64,000 nt of DNA from Pecten maximus (lineage: Eukaryota), in NCBI RefSeq assembly GCF_902652985.1, contig NC_047023.1:15376001-15440000 (forward strand). Reading direction: 5' to 3'. Position numbers and translations under genes: made by a program. Under the pieces are notes generated by a model, which was not told where the DNA came from, did no database searches, and saw only the letters and a list, made by a program, of their open reading frames with translations. Of this stretch, positions 1-13,159 are shown piece after piece (the stretch's first letter is position 1; each line of letters opens with the position of its first letter).

Positions 1-19
1 GTTATGGAGATGCATCTAT

Positions 20-300
20 TATAGACAGGGTGATAGGTATAGACAGGTATTAGTTATAAACATATGTAGGTTACAGACAGATGGTAGGTATAGACAGGTA
101 TATGTTACAGACAGATGGTAGGTATAGACAGGTATATGTTACAGACAGATGGTATATATAGACAGGTATATGTTATAGCAAGTTATAGATAGGTGGTAGG
201 TATAGAGAGATATTCGATGTAGTCAAGTATATGTTATATAGAGGTACCAGTTATAGACAGGTGTAAGTTATAGAGAGGCACCAGGTCCTGTGTAGTTATA
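20..300. repeat. Degenerate minisatellite (TAGACAGGTATATGTTACAGACAGATGGTAGGTA-like units)
   Basis: Recurring TATAGACAGG/GTTATAGA words. It grades into the 21-bp array downstream. Confidence 0.7.
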
Positions 301-339
301 GACAACTAGTTTATGAGGTAGTTTTAGACAATTTAGGAG

Positions 340-1463
340 TCAGTGATAGACAGTTTCTGTGATAGTTATAGACATTTCCTGAGGTATTTATAGACATTTC
401 CTGAGATAATTATAGACATTTCCTGAGATAGTTATAGACATTTCCTGAGATAGTTATAGACATTTCCTGAAGTAGTTATAGACATTTCCTGAGATAGTTA
501 TAGACATTTCCGGAAGTAGTTATAGACATTTCCTGAGGTAGTTATAGACATTTCCTGAGGTAGTTATGGACGGTTTCTGGGGTAGTTATAGACATTTCCT
601 GAGGTAGTTATAGACGGTTTCTGGGGTAGTTATAGACATTTCCTGAGGTAGTTATAGAAGGTTTCTGGGGTAGTTATAGACATTTCCTGAGGTAGTTATA
701 GACGGTTTCTGGGGTAGTTATAGACATTTCCTGAGGTAGTTATAGATGGTTTCTGGGGTAGTTATAGATGGTTTCTGGGGTAGTTATAGACATTTCCTGA
801 GTTAGTTATAGACGGTTTCTGGGGTAGTTATAGACATTTCCTGAGTTAGTTATAGAAGGTTTCTGTGGTAGTTATAGACATTTCCTGAGGTAGTTATAGA
901 AGGTTTCTGGGGTAGTTATAGACATTTCCTGAGGTAGTTATAGACGGTTTCTGGGGTAGTTATAGATGGTTTCTGGGGTAGTTATAGACATTTCCTGAGG
1001 TAGTTATAGACAGTTTCTGAGACAGTATCTCAGAAACTGTCTATATAACTACCTCAGGAAATGTCCTGAGATAGTTATAGACATTTATGGTTCCTGGGGT
1101 AGTTATAGACATTTCCTGAGGTAGTTATAGACAGTTTCTGAGACAGTATCTCAGAAACTGTCTATAACTACCTCAGGAAATGTCCTGAGATAGTTATAGA
1201 CATTTATGGTTCCTGGGGTAGTTATAGACATTTTCTGAGGTAGTTATGGATGGTTTCTGAGATAGTTATAGACATTTCCTGAGGTAGTTATAGATTGTTT
1301 CTGGGGTAGTTATAGACATTTCCTCAGGTAACGTAGTTATAGACAGTTTCTGAGATAGTTATGGACGGTTTCTGAGATAGTTATAGACATTTCCTGAGGT
1401 AGTTATAGACGGTTTCTGAGATACATTGTAGTTATAGACAGTTTGCTGAGGAAGCTAGAGACA
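340..1463. repeat. 21-bp minisatellite (GTAGTTATAGACATTTCCTGA, variant GTAGTTATAGACGGTTTCTGG), left part; intronic
   Basis: Directly visible tandem units, with two internal inverted segments at 987-1065 and 1108-1184. Confidence 0.95.
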
Positions 1464-1465
1464 TT

Positions 1466-3287
1466 TTTAGCTCACCTGCCCGAAGGGCAAGTGAGCTTAT
1501 GCCGTGGCGCGGCGTCCGTCCGTCGTCCGTCCGGCGTCAACTTTTCCATTCAAGCAACTTCTTCTCAATAACCAAAAGGCCGAGAGACCTAATATTGGGC
1601 CTGTAGCATGCTGGGGTGAAGGACTACCAAGTTTGTTCAAATGAATAAAGTTGACCTTCATTCAAGGTCACAGGGGTCAAAAAGGCTAAAATCTTTAAAC
1701 GACTTCTTCTCAATAACCAAGAGTCCCAGGGAGTTGATATTGGGTCTGTAGCATGCTGGGGTGAAGGGCTACCAAGTTTGTTCAAATGAATGACCTTGAC
1801 CTTCATTCAAGGTCACAGGAGTCAAAAAGGCTAAAATCTTTAAAGGACTTCTTCTCAATAACCAAGAGTCCCAGAGACCTAATATTTGACCTGTAGCATG
1901 CTGGGGTAAAGGGCTACCAAGTTTGTTGAAATGAATGACCTTGACCTTCATTCAAGGTCACAGCAGTCAAAAAGGCTAAAATCTTTAAACAACTTCTGCT
2001 CAATAACCAAGAGTCCCAGGGAGTTGATATTGGGTCTGTAGCATGCTGGGGTGAAGGGCTACCAAGTTTGTTCAAATGAATGACCTTGACCTTCATTCAA
2101 GGTCACAGGAGTCAAAAAGGCTAAAATCTTTAAACGACTTCTTGTCAATAACCAAGAGACCCAGAGACCTAATATTTGGCCTGTAGCATGCTGGGGTGAA
2201 GGGCTACCAAGTTTGTTCAAATGAATGACCTTGACCTTCATTCAAGGTCACAGGAGTCAAAAGGGCTAAAATCTTTAAACGACTTCTTCTCAATAACCAA
2301 GAGTCCAAGATACCTAATATTTGGCCTGTAGCATGCTGGGGTAAAGGGCTCCCAAGTATGTTCAAATGAATGGCCTTGACCTTCATTCAAGGTCACAGGA
2401 GTCAAAAAGGCTAAAATCTTTAAACAACTTCTTCTCAATAACCAAGAGTCCCAGGGAATTGATATTGGGTCTGTAGCATGCTGGGGTGAAGGGCTACCAA
2501 GTTTGTTCAAATGAATGATCTTGACCTTCATTCAAGGTCACAGGAGTCAAAAGGGCTAACATCTTTAAACGACTTCTTCTCAATAACCAAGAGTCCCAGG
2601 GAGTTGATATTGGGTCTGTAGAATGCTAGGGTAAAGGGCTACCAAGTTTGTTCAAATGAATGACCTTGACCTTCATTCAAGGTCACAGGAGTCAAAAAGG
2701 CTAAAATCTTTAAATGACTTCTTCTCAATAACCAAGAGTCCCAGGGAGTTGTTATTGGGTCTGTAGAATACTGGGGTAAAGGGCTATCAAGTTTGTTCAA
2801 ATGAATGACCTTGACCTTCATTCAAGGTCACAGGAGTCAAAAAGGCTAAAATCTTTAAACGACTTCTTCATCAATAACCAAGAGTCCCAGAGACCGAATT
2901 TTTGGCCTGTAGCATGCTGGGGTAAAGGGCTCTCAAGTTTGTTGAAATGAATGACCTTGCCCTTCATTCAAGGTCACAGCAGTCAAAAAGGCTAAAATCT
3001 TTAAGCGACTTCCTCTCAATAACCAAGCGTCCAAGGGAGTTGATATTTGGTCTGTAGCATGCTGGGGTGAAGGCCTACCAACTTTGTTCAAATGAATGAC
3101 CCTGACTCACATTCAAGGTCACGTCGATCAAGTATGCTTAAATCTTTAAATGACTTTTAGTGAATAGCTTAAGTGCCGAGAGACATTATATTGGTCATGT
3201 CGCATGCTTTCAAATAACTGCAGGATCCATATATGAAAAGATCACTGCATTGCAGGTGAGCGATTTGGGCCCATTGGGCCCTTGTTT
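1466..3287 (+). mobile_element. Non-autonomous Helentron-associated (HINE/pearl-like) element with internal 145-bp tandem array
   Basis: 5' T-run then hairpin AGCTCACCTGCCCGAAGGGCAAGTGAGCT (1469-1497), a (GTCC)n microsatellite, about 11-12 units of 145 bp, a 3' subterminal inverted repeat CAGGTGAGC (3253-3261), palindrome GGGCCCATTGGGCCC (3267-3281) and CTTGTTT end. Inserted at a T-run. This is the known architecture of bivalve Helentron-derived non-autonomous elements. Confidence 0.85.
1556..3210. repeat. 145-bp tandem repeat array internal to the HINE element
   Basis: 145-bp period is visible, and is reflected in spurious ORFs at 1624, 1769, 1914, 2059 and 2204. Confidence 0.95.
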
Positions 3288-3935
3288 GGGGTAGCTATAG
3301 ACATTTCCTGAGTTAGTTATAGACATTTCCTGAGTTAGTTATAGACATTTCCTGAGTTAGTTATAGACATTTCCTGAGGTAGTTATAGACATTTCCTGAG
3401 TTAGTTATAGACATTTTCCTGAGGTAGTTTTAGACATTTCCTGAGTTAGTTATAGACATTGAGTTAGTTATAGACATTTCCTGAGGTAGTTATAGACATT
3501 TCCTGAGTTAGTTATAGACATTTTCCTGAGGTAGTTTTAGACATTTCCTGAGTTAGTTATAGACATTTCCTGAGTTAGTTATAGACATTTCCTGAGATAG
3601 TTATAGACATTTCCTGAGATAGTTATAGACATTTCCTGAGTTAGTTATAGACATTTCCTGAGTTAGTTATAGACATTTCCTGAGATAGTTATAGACATTT
3701 CCTGAGTTAGTTATAGACATTTCCTGAGGTAGTTATAGACATTTCCTGAGTTAGTTATAGACATTTCCTGAGTTAGTTATAGACATTTCCTGAGGTAGTT
3801 ATAGACATTTCCTGAGTTAGTTATAGACATTTTTTGGAGTAGTTATAGACATTTCCTGAGGTAGTTATAGACATTTCCTCAGGTAACGTAGTTATAGACA
3901 TTTCCTGAGTTAGTTATAACTATTTCCTGAGTTAC
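3288..3935. repeat. 21-bp minisatellite, right part
   Basis: The same unit (TAGTTATAGACATTTCCTGAG) resumes immediately after the inserted element. Confidence 0.95.
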
Positions 3936-4012
3936 CGTATACGAAGTTAACAGACCAGATGGTAGCACTCCATAGAAAACAGAAGATTGAGTTATATTCA
4001 TTTCTGTTACAG

Positions 4013-5352
4013 GCTTGACAGAAACTGATCAGGATGACCAGGCAGTGTCTAAAGTTTTAGAAATGGGATTCCCGGAAATGCAAATCAAAGCGGCTTTGTT
4101 GTCACTTCAGAGCCGTGCTCCAGGTATTTCATTTATTGATAATTAACAATTTGTTGGACTACCTCAACTTAGTTTTAGGAAGCAGCAGGCATGTAGGAAT
4201 TTGTGGAGTTATAATGGTTAACATAAGATAATGAATTTGAATACTTCTTTAACTCTTGACTACAGCAACTATATATGTGAGTTTGTACATATACCAAATC
4301 AAAGACTTCAATTACTTTCATGAATCATCTTCCCATTTTGATGTATAATGACTTATTGTAAGTTTAGTCAATGTACGAAGATTAAGTCGATTGAAAAAAA
4401 AAAAATAGGTACTTATATGTAATTAGATATTGTTATCAGTTTGGTAAGTGTCTTCTATGCAATAATTTGATGACTAGATTTTGATGAAACCCAGTGAACA
4501 TTTATCAGTCACAACAAAGAAAAAGCTTGAATTCAATTAAAATCTAATTAAGATGTACATTGCATTTTTGGCTAAATTGCATAAATTCTATGGCAGGGGA
4601 AGTAATGCATATTGACATTTGACTCAATTTAATAAGAATATACCTAAAAATAATTCTCCACAGGTCGCCGACACTTTAGTGTTCCAAACCTTCTTGATGA
4701 AATGGAAAAACTGCCAAAAATGCCAGAATCACAGAATCAAAATAGTGACTTAGACACTGGTAAGTATCACATGGAAAAACCCATAGTCTGATCACATATT
4801 AAAGTTGTCTTGTATCTAGAAAAGGCCATTTGTATCCTTGCTTCAGCAACTTGTTTTAAATAGAAAGACACCAAGTTGTATTTAAAGAAATGGAATATAA
4901 TTAAGTTGGGATTATTTCAATCAATATTCCACTTCATTTTTTTCCATCTTTGATTCGTTCAGTGAAGTAAAAGGAGAAAGAGAACTTTTTGCTTTTAAGA
5001 AAAAAACATTACATGAAGTCACAACCTGGTGTTGTTTTCATTAGACTACATACATGTACCTTGTTGATATTGAAAAAAAATCACTTAAGTCATTTTGAGG
5101 GAGCATAAATACCAAAAGTCAGATTGTGTTTATGTTTTAGATGGTCCTTCTGATGCTGGTTTTGTGCTTCTCAACAATGAGTCATCCAGGCAAGACAGAC
5201 AAACTGCTCACCAGGGGAGCAATGTATCGACAAGCAGTGCTTCAAGGTACAATAGAAGAAGACCAAGCTCTGAACAGTCTCCTCGGTCTAATGTTCACTC
5301 ACCAAGTACCGGGTCCCCCTCCACCAAGGAAAACAAGTGTAAAATTTCATGA
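4013..5352 (+). CDS. 3' coding exons join(4013..4123,4664..4759,5141..5352) of a protein with a UBA-like domain and C-terminal CaaX (CKIS); 5' part lies upstream of the window
   Basis: Canonical AG/GT sites with consistent phase 1-1-1. Translation: LTETDQDDQAVSKVLEMGFPEMQIKAALLSLQSRAPGRRHFSVPNLLDEMEKLPK...SPSTKENKCKIS*. MGF loop plus LL in the third helix is a UBA signature. Confidence 0.75.
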
Positions 5353-6516
5353 AGATGTTTGTCAGACTTCCTGTTGTACAACTTCATCTGTGAAGAGTCT
5401 CACATTTTCAAAAAATGTTCTAAGGTGTGTAGAAAAGGCATTTGCTTGAACAATGAAAGAGGAAGATTCCATTTAAAAAAAAACATTGACTTTTGGTATG
5501 ATAAATAAATTTGTCAACAGGTCAGGAATATGTAAGCTCTTAATCGTAAGCTGAAGCAGGAGAGTTATGGATCAAATATCAGCAGAGCTGTGTCAAATTT
5601 ATAAGAATAATTGGATAAATCTTTGACCAGGATAGCTACCAGATTATCTCAGTAAGCCATGTGAAAGTACCTAAGGAACGAGAGACAAATGATCTCATTC
5701 TGGTGTATTGTGCCAAGGAATGCAATGTACATTTAAAAAAGATAAGAGTTAGGAGTTTTCTTACAAAAATTGATTTAATATGGAAATGTGATCAATGGAA
5801 GATGGAAGAATGGAAAGTTTTTCTCACAAACTTAATGATTATATACATACATATATATATTTTTTTTTCTGAAATCTTCTCAAATAAATGAGAGATGAAA
5901 GTGACTTTTCTTACAAACATTTATAGATAAATTGACAAATCTTGCTATTTCTCGAGACCAAATATCAATTTTAGGTCTTTGGATGGGTTTGGAATGGATA
6001 GCTTCTGTATGTTGATTACAAATTTAAAAGATTTCAGACAAGATATTTATATTCTAGTTTTCTAGCCAGACCCTGTCTTGGGGGCCGATTATGTGTTGTA
6101 TTACCTTGTAAGTATGTGGTATACCCAGGAAAATGCCAGAAAGGTGCTGTGGGTTGTCTTGCCAGAAAGGTGCTGTGGGTTGTCTCCCCTCTTGTCTGAA
6201 GTGTTAGCACACTGATGGAATGCAGTAGTACAGGCTGGATATTCTGTAAACTCCTCGATTTGAAATGAATACATGTACTAGATAATAATTGATTGTGTAA
6301 TGGTTTGACAATTAATATCAAAGTATTGATAATATCAATATACATGTGTTGCATTTCAGATAGAATTTTAACAAATCCATATTACTGGAGTTAAAACCAA
6401 CATGAATCTGTTGTATTTGGAATTCATAATTCATCAGCATTCTTACTTATGTAATGTATCAAAAGAACATGAATTCTATTGCATGTATTACATGCATACC
6501 TACATGGACTTTTAGA

Positions 6517-6870
6517 TTTTTAGCTCTCCATGAGCCCCGTGTCACCCCGGGGTTGATGCCCCACCCCATTTCAGTTGTTGGGATAAGTATTTGAAAGGCT
6601 TATCAATCTATAACTATACACCCCACACTCTTCTTATATAACATGTACAGTTATTAGAGGTATAGGAATGAAAGTACAGCCTATTATCATGTGGAAATTT
6701 TGTGATACCCGAATGTGTTTACTTGGATAGTGATTAGTGCTTCAAGTATAGATACATCACAACATTAACACATAAACGCTAATAGATTCTACTAACAAGA
6801 ATGTGCTTGAAGAACTGGACTACTAGCTTTTCAACACTAGAAAAGCATTAACTATATAGGGCCTTTGTTT
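6517..6870 (+). mobile_element. Degenerate HINE-like element in the putative 3' UTR
   Basis: TTTTTAGCTC start and GGCCTTTGTTT end. Internal similarity to the element at 52812-53280. Confidence 0.45.
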
Positions 6871-8521
6871 CATACATGTATATTAAATGAATCCCTGTAC
6901 AGGTATTGTATTTGCTTTTGTACGGTAACAAACACCATTATGTTACTGATCATTGATTATGTGTAATAATGTACTTTAATAAAATGGAATCTTGTCAATC
7001 ATGATTTTGAAAAAGTAGTAGAATCATTTCCCTAGCATTATTACTGATAAACAAAAGGACTTCCAAATGACCAAGACCACTCATTTATCTCGATTTGAAA
7101 ATAGATTGTCAGTCCACATTAAAAAAGGTTTTATGGAAGTTTACAAACAATGATTGCGAAGTTAGAAATCTATATCTTACTGGTTTTAGTCTTTGGTAGT
7201 ACTTGGTTTATCAAACTGAAAAACTATTCAAATGTGAACTTATTTGTCCATCTATGGATTTTACTAGCTTTAATATACACATTGTGTGAATGTATTTTTG
7301 TTCTTGTTACATAATATTTTGTCTACCAGTATACCACGTCTGAAAATTAAAAATCAGAATGAATGTATGAACAGCTTTACCACTTAATTTAAGTACAATT
7401 TATTACACTATTTATGCTTGGTATGTATTTTTGTCCTTATTTTGAATTTGTGTTAAAAGTAAGATACCTGAGCAGCCTCTATGTAGCTAGTTTGTGGTTA
7501 TATATTGCCATACAGTAGCTGATTATAATCTATTTTTGATGTTCACATGTTTTTACTGATCTTTGGTATTTTTCACACTTCAGTTGTGTAATATGTAAAT
7601 TATCTATTCCAGTACAGTTTTTACCAGTATGTTGAAATATCCCCCCAGTGTGTAGCACAGTGAATTACTGTTAATGTCTGATGATATAAAATATGCTCTA
7701 AATGATGACAAGTAATTTCAGCAACAGAGTGTTATATATTTCTATTGGTATGCCATATTTATCAATTTCAAAATATCATATGTGAAACATGGATTAAATT
7801 AAACATATTATCAAGGAGATATCAGTATTACAAAGTCATGCTTGTTATGGTTAGGAGAGGCAGCTATAAACTGTATATGGGAAAGATGGCCAGGGGGAAC
7901 ATGGATCATTGACAGATTTTAAAAAGAAAAAAAGCTTTCTTGGTCGTAGTTGTTGTGGATTTTGATTCCTCAGACTTCAACTGCTGTTTCGACATCTGTT
8001 GTAGGCTGTGGCGTTCGATAGTGGTGATTTTGGGATGTATTGAAAGATCTGAAACACTTTGTCTGAAAAATAAGGTATAAAGATAAAAATAGTTAATTTA
8101 GATAATTTGTTATTTAATGTTTGATATGCAATAGCTTGTTTTTGTAAGAAATGTACAAACTTGCAATGAAAGTACATTTAAGATGATGCGACTACTGTGA
8201 TTTTCCCTTCTTAATTATTTGTCCAAATTGAGTATTGAAATGTTGTTAGTTACACATTGCTGTACATTTAAGATATGTACAATGTGTGGAGAATAAGTTA
8301 CTTGATGTATAAACTTTATTCTTACTTTTACTGTTACTTCACCGTTAAGGGAGTTAAACCTCTCTATAAGCTGGACGTTTGAGTGGAGCTTGTCTTGACA
8401 TGAAACCTCCATGTCATCCATAACAAGCCCAAAGCTCCAGTGATATTGACACAATGATTCTCGATACGTTCCCAGAAATCAAGATTGGAATATTTTTAAA
8501 TGTCTGTGTGTTTTTTATCAG

Positions 8522-8527
8522 AATAAA
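8522..8527 (+). terminator. Candidate polyadenylation signal ending the long 3' UTR of the UBA-CaaX gene
   Basis: AATAAA followed by a TG-rich stretch, near the end of the CpG-depleted region. Other AATAAA hexamers occur upstream. Confidence 0.3.
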
Positions 8528-9710
8528 CATGATACAACAGTCAACATGTGTGATTTCAGGATAAAGCCAGTTTCTGGTTCCTATTAATTAGTAGGTCTAT
8601 ATAATTGGTACCCGATCTCTGGGAATCAGAATCTGGCCATGTCCCTGAAGTACATACTGTACCTGTAAATTCTAACTGGACAATCCAGTGCTAAACACTG
8701 TGTGATAGCTATAGACTGAATACTATTTCACATCATTGGTACACATGGTCATATTTTGCTTTATAAAAATGCATTTATGGTTGAAAATTGGCTGAAAGTC
8801 GTGAGAGAATTGAAAATTAAAAGCCTTTCATGTATGATAATAGATAAATACATAACTCTATTTATGGACGAATTGGTGCATATTATAAGTATGTATCTGG
8901 TATCATCTGAAATAAAACAGAATACATTGCTTCTTATTCATTTATTTATCTACCAACCGTTGGATTTATCGGTGATCTACTGTTGTGTTGTAAACTTGTA
9001 ATTCACAAAATGTCAATTTCTGACATCATTTGCAGAACCAGTTTGTTGATATCAACCATACTTAATGAGTATCCTTGGGTCACATTGGTTCAAAACTAAA
9101 CTTTTAGAGGTCTAGGACCCAGGGAGTTGATTAAGGGAAAGGTAGGCAACCAGAAATGCTGGAACTGAAATTAAGGTCTGTTCTGCCCCCAGTTTTGATT
9201 GGGAGGAGGAAAAGTTAACCATGTTTTATATAGGAAACACATTTTTCCGATATCTTCTGTTAAACATCTATATTTGTCAATTAGCATTTTTTGGGAAAGG
9301 GTGGTTCAAATTGAGAAATGTGGAGATCTGGTCCCAGAGGAGGAAGAGGAGGTTTCAAAGGTCAAAGTTTTAAAACATTTCATACATTATAAACCTATCA
9401 CATATAACATTTGGTTAAATATTACTATTTTTTAAAGTACAAATAAAAATGTATTGTCTGAAGATTTGTGGTGTAAGCGAAATGACACAGAGTGTAAAGC
9501 CCAATGGGCCTCTTTTTATAGCTGTAACATATGTTTACTACTTTCAACAAAAGATTCAATAAGTTTTGGATCGATGACGCATTATAGAAGTAGTTGATAG
9601 TGTAAGCGGATATCACGAGTTGTAAAATTATAAGTGGTCGGTAGTGTTGTAAAGTAGATTTGCGCAAGTCATCTTCGGAAACCACCGAGACTACTCTAGA
9701 GCAGAATCTT

Positions 9711-10070
9711 GTGGGTTTCCGGCGATGGGGTGTGTACCAAATGAGGTTCTGGCCCCTCAAAACAAAACAAAGAAAACTTACCAAATGAGGTTCTGGCCAC
9801 TCAAAACAAAAAGAAAATTAAAGTATTTGTATACAGTTGCCTTTTCCCTCATCACGGCCTTGACCTGTACATGGCCCGAGATGTAGATCAAGACAAGGAA
9901 ATACACAAAAATAATCCATTTACTTAAAAAGTTAAATGTGACATGAAATGATGAAAACACCACGATATCAGTGGATAGAAACCAGCTTAGTAAAGGGATG
10001 AACAAAACGTATTGTTACTAACCTTTGTTGTATAGTTACGTATATGTATCATGGGTTGGGGATTTGGTTC
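9711..10070 (+). repeat. Segment A, duplicated at 11126-11477
   Basis: Shared sequence, e.g. CGATGGGGTGTGTACC...AAGTATTTGTATACAGTTGCCTTTTCCCTCATCACGGCCTTGACCTGTACAT...GGGTTGGGGATTTGGTTC. Confidence 0.85.
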
Positions 10071-10154
10071 CCGTTTATATAGATACATGTACATGTAGTT
10101 TCTTGCAATGTAGTAAGCAGAGATAGCTGACATTGACTAAAATGTGGTTGAAGT

Positions 10155-10940
10155 ATGGTGATTTATATTTACCAATTATTAATTGTCCATTTCTAGGTAG
10201 CAATACACTTGCTTTTCCTACATTTGGTGTTAAATGTTTATTCGATATTCAAGAACTTGTTCTCATTATCAAGGTTTCCGTTAGAGATGTCGACTGAAAA
10301 AAACCCCAAAACGCATGGTTTCAAGAATAAAAGTTAGTAAAAACTATGGAAGAAGTCGTGGCCAGCATCATAATCTATAGGGAAATAATCCATTTCCATG
10401 TACGATATAAGATAGGCCTTGTGGTTCTGTTGTTGTGACGTAACCTGGATTATACCTGGGTTTTCATGACGGGTGTCGTCGACGAAGTAGAAGACACCGA
10501 ATATATTCAATATAATCAATATATCTATATTAAATCCAGCACGATATCCTTTGAAGCAAAGAGGTAGGGAGTGTTAGACACAAGGTAGGGAGTGTTAGAC
10601 ACAATATATATGATATTCAATAAGCTTTGTCACATAATGGTCCTCCCTGAAATAGGACTTTCTTTAATTTAAATGCTGCCTTCCATTGGTACCAAGATAA
10701 ATATGCACTATTTTCGGGCTGATAGAAAAATTGAAAGCAAGCAGACAGAAGACCAATTAAAAAGACAGTAAATGATTGTGATATCTATTTTCGAGTTCCC
10801 GAGAGATCTCAAATTTCCCATATACATGTTGGTCATCGTTGGTACTATCGCTAGATGTTCGAGTATCGGACAGATAAAATAATAGTCATATCCGGGGGTC
10901 ATATTGGATGATTCACGAATTAAAAACTGTGACCAATATT
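10155..10940 (+). mobile_element. Partial copy of the 3' end of a Penelope-like retroelement (segment B), duplicated at 14382-15070
   Basis: Near-identical to 14382-15070. Includes remnants of the RT C-terminal motifs RYSRTCSHYQ and KK..GQHH. Confidence 0.65.
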
Positions 10941-13159
10941 TATGAAGGATATATCTTCCCCCATATTGCGATGTAGTTTTCTTTTCGTTCTTAATTTTTC
11001 ATGTTCAGTTTTGAGACTGAACAGAATACTAAAACACGATGATCGACAAGCAGTAACACCTTTATAAGATCAAGCCTTTTCAAAATATATCACTGATTCT
11101 CTGATAGTATCAGGAATGGAATCTCGTGGGTCTCCGACGATGGGGTGTGTACCGCATAAGGTTCTGGCCCCGGGTTTTTAAAACAAAAGAAAGAATATTG
11201 AAGTATTTGTATACAGTTGCCTTTTCCCTCATCACGGCCTTGACCTGTACATATTTAAATGTGGGACCGATATATCTGGCCCGAGATGTAGATCAAGGAA
11301 GTAAACAAAAATAATCCTTTTACTTAAAAAAAAATTAAATGTGACAGGAAATTGTGGAAACGCCACGATATCAGTGGATAGATACAAGCTTAGTAAAGGA
11401 ATGAACAAAAAGTATAGTTCCTAACCTTTGTTGTATAGTTACGTATATGTATATCATGGGTTGGGGATTTGGTTCTTGTATTTTGTACCAGGCCAGGACA
11501 GCAGGAACGTGATTAGACTTGACATCATTATGTGCTTTGTATCGTTTATAGCATTAAACTACCTGTTGGCGTGTCGACTCTGGAAAACACCATATTCTGG
11601 AAGTAAACAGACAATATGTGACAGGCATGATACCCATCTTGTACCATGGGATACCCAAACGAATAATGAATTTTCCCAATCCATCCAATCAAGTACACAA
11701 GTGTGATCTATAAAACACGATTCGGGGAGAACCGCCCTCCACAGGACGCGGTTTTAAAATTGTGAGATAGGACATTAATTCCATGTATCAGGCTTTCTTT
11801 TCACCGTCGCGTTATTGTTTTGCACGTGCACGATGTTACAACCCTACATAATACAATGTAAAACACAATCTAATATTGCTGTTCCTTACATTTTCAGAAA
11901 GTCTCAGAAGGAAATGCCCTTCTACTGGTTTTTCCATTGTATACAATGCCCTATAGAGGCATATACATATATATACATACATGTAGATACAACTTGTTTT
12001 GGTTCACGGCATCGTGAATGAATCCACAATTGCGTAGTGACAGTGCACGTGTCTATACTTCATTTGTGGATTTCTTGATCAAATGATTGTCTGTTTGGTT
12101 CCAAATAGGAGTTTTCTCAACTTGTAACATCGAGTAGGCGTGTGTGAGGCGAGTATCTGCTTAAACCGACATAGTCTTTAGATTGTATTACTTAAACTGC
12201 GAGTTACTTGACAAAGGTACCAATGCTAAGATCATAGCTTATATTAGGCAATCCAGGAAGAATAGAAATGATCTATTAATATTTTCACGGCAACTAAAAT
12301 TGAGCAATACCACATGGTTGTTAAGTTTTTTTTATTACGGGTCCTGCATGATAATTTCTTTGATGACTTCAGCCTGGGGTCAAAACGAAATCAAGTGGTC
12401 TGTTGGGATATCTTGCCACCAAACTCTCACAAAGGTGCTACAGTATACGGTCAATCAGACATTCAATAATTCTCACGATCATCGTTTAAGTTGTGTATTT
12501 CACGAAGTTCAATGAATCATGTACAGTTCACAACTATCTACTTGTATCGATGTTTATCTTTCCTGCAAAAGATTACAAAAAAAAAAAAAGAAAAAAAAAA
12601 GGGAAAGATAAAATCAGTTTGATTCTTAGAAATCCATGTACTGGTAATTTCATCTCCGGTGATCTACATGATTGGAATACTAAAGGATGATTAATAAGTA
12701 TTTCTTCTTTGGAAAAAAAAGAAGTGTAATTAGGTTTTCCCCGTTCAAACAGGTACTTGAAGGCACAACCACGTGTCTAAACTAGCTTGGCATCGCAGTC
12801 AAGAATTACAGACTTTTGATTGATCTCGAATGTATCATTCAATTCAATCACGGAAGGAGTTCCGATACTTGGGCAATGTTTGAATAGCCAGTCACTACAC
12901 CAGCTGAACCATTACAGTTGTATTGATGGTGAAGAACGTAAATCTAACGAAGTAGGAGTTGTAGTTAGGTCATCTAAATTCAACTGTTATAGTGATGTCT
13001 TGTAAATGAAAAGTGTAGAAACCATGTACTCCGAGAAGCTTTAAAACGCGTGTTTTGGACGAACTTTGGTGTAGGTAGGTTATGACACAAAAAATTGCCT
13101 GAATACAAAATGAGGTAGTTTTGCCCGGTAACCAGGGTTACCCTGCCTACACATCAATA

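Noticed and set aside
1624-2821. Series of 60-97 aa minus-strand ORFs (MKVKVIHLNKLGSP...)
   Set aside because: By-products of the 145-bp repeat. The period is not a multiple of 3 and there are no splice signals or domain motifs.
340-3935. CRISPR-like appearance of regular repeats
   Set aside because: Units are contiguous without unique spacers, there are no cas genes, and the context is a eukaryotic intron.
5141-5449. 102-aa ORF with a signal-peptide-like start
   Set aside because: Its ATG is the first bases of an internal exon. The upstream exon ends in phase 1, selecting the frame that ends CKIS at 5352.
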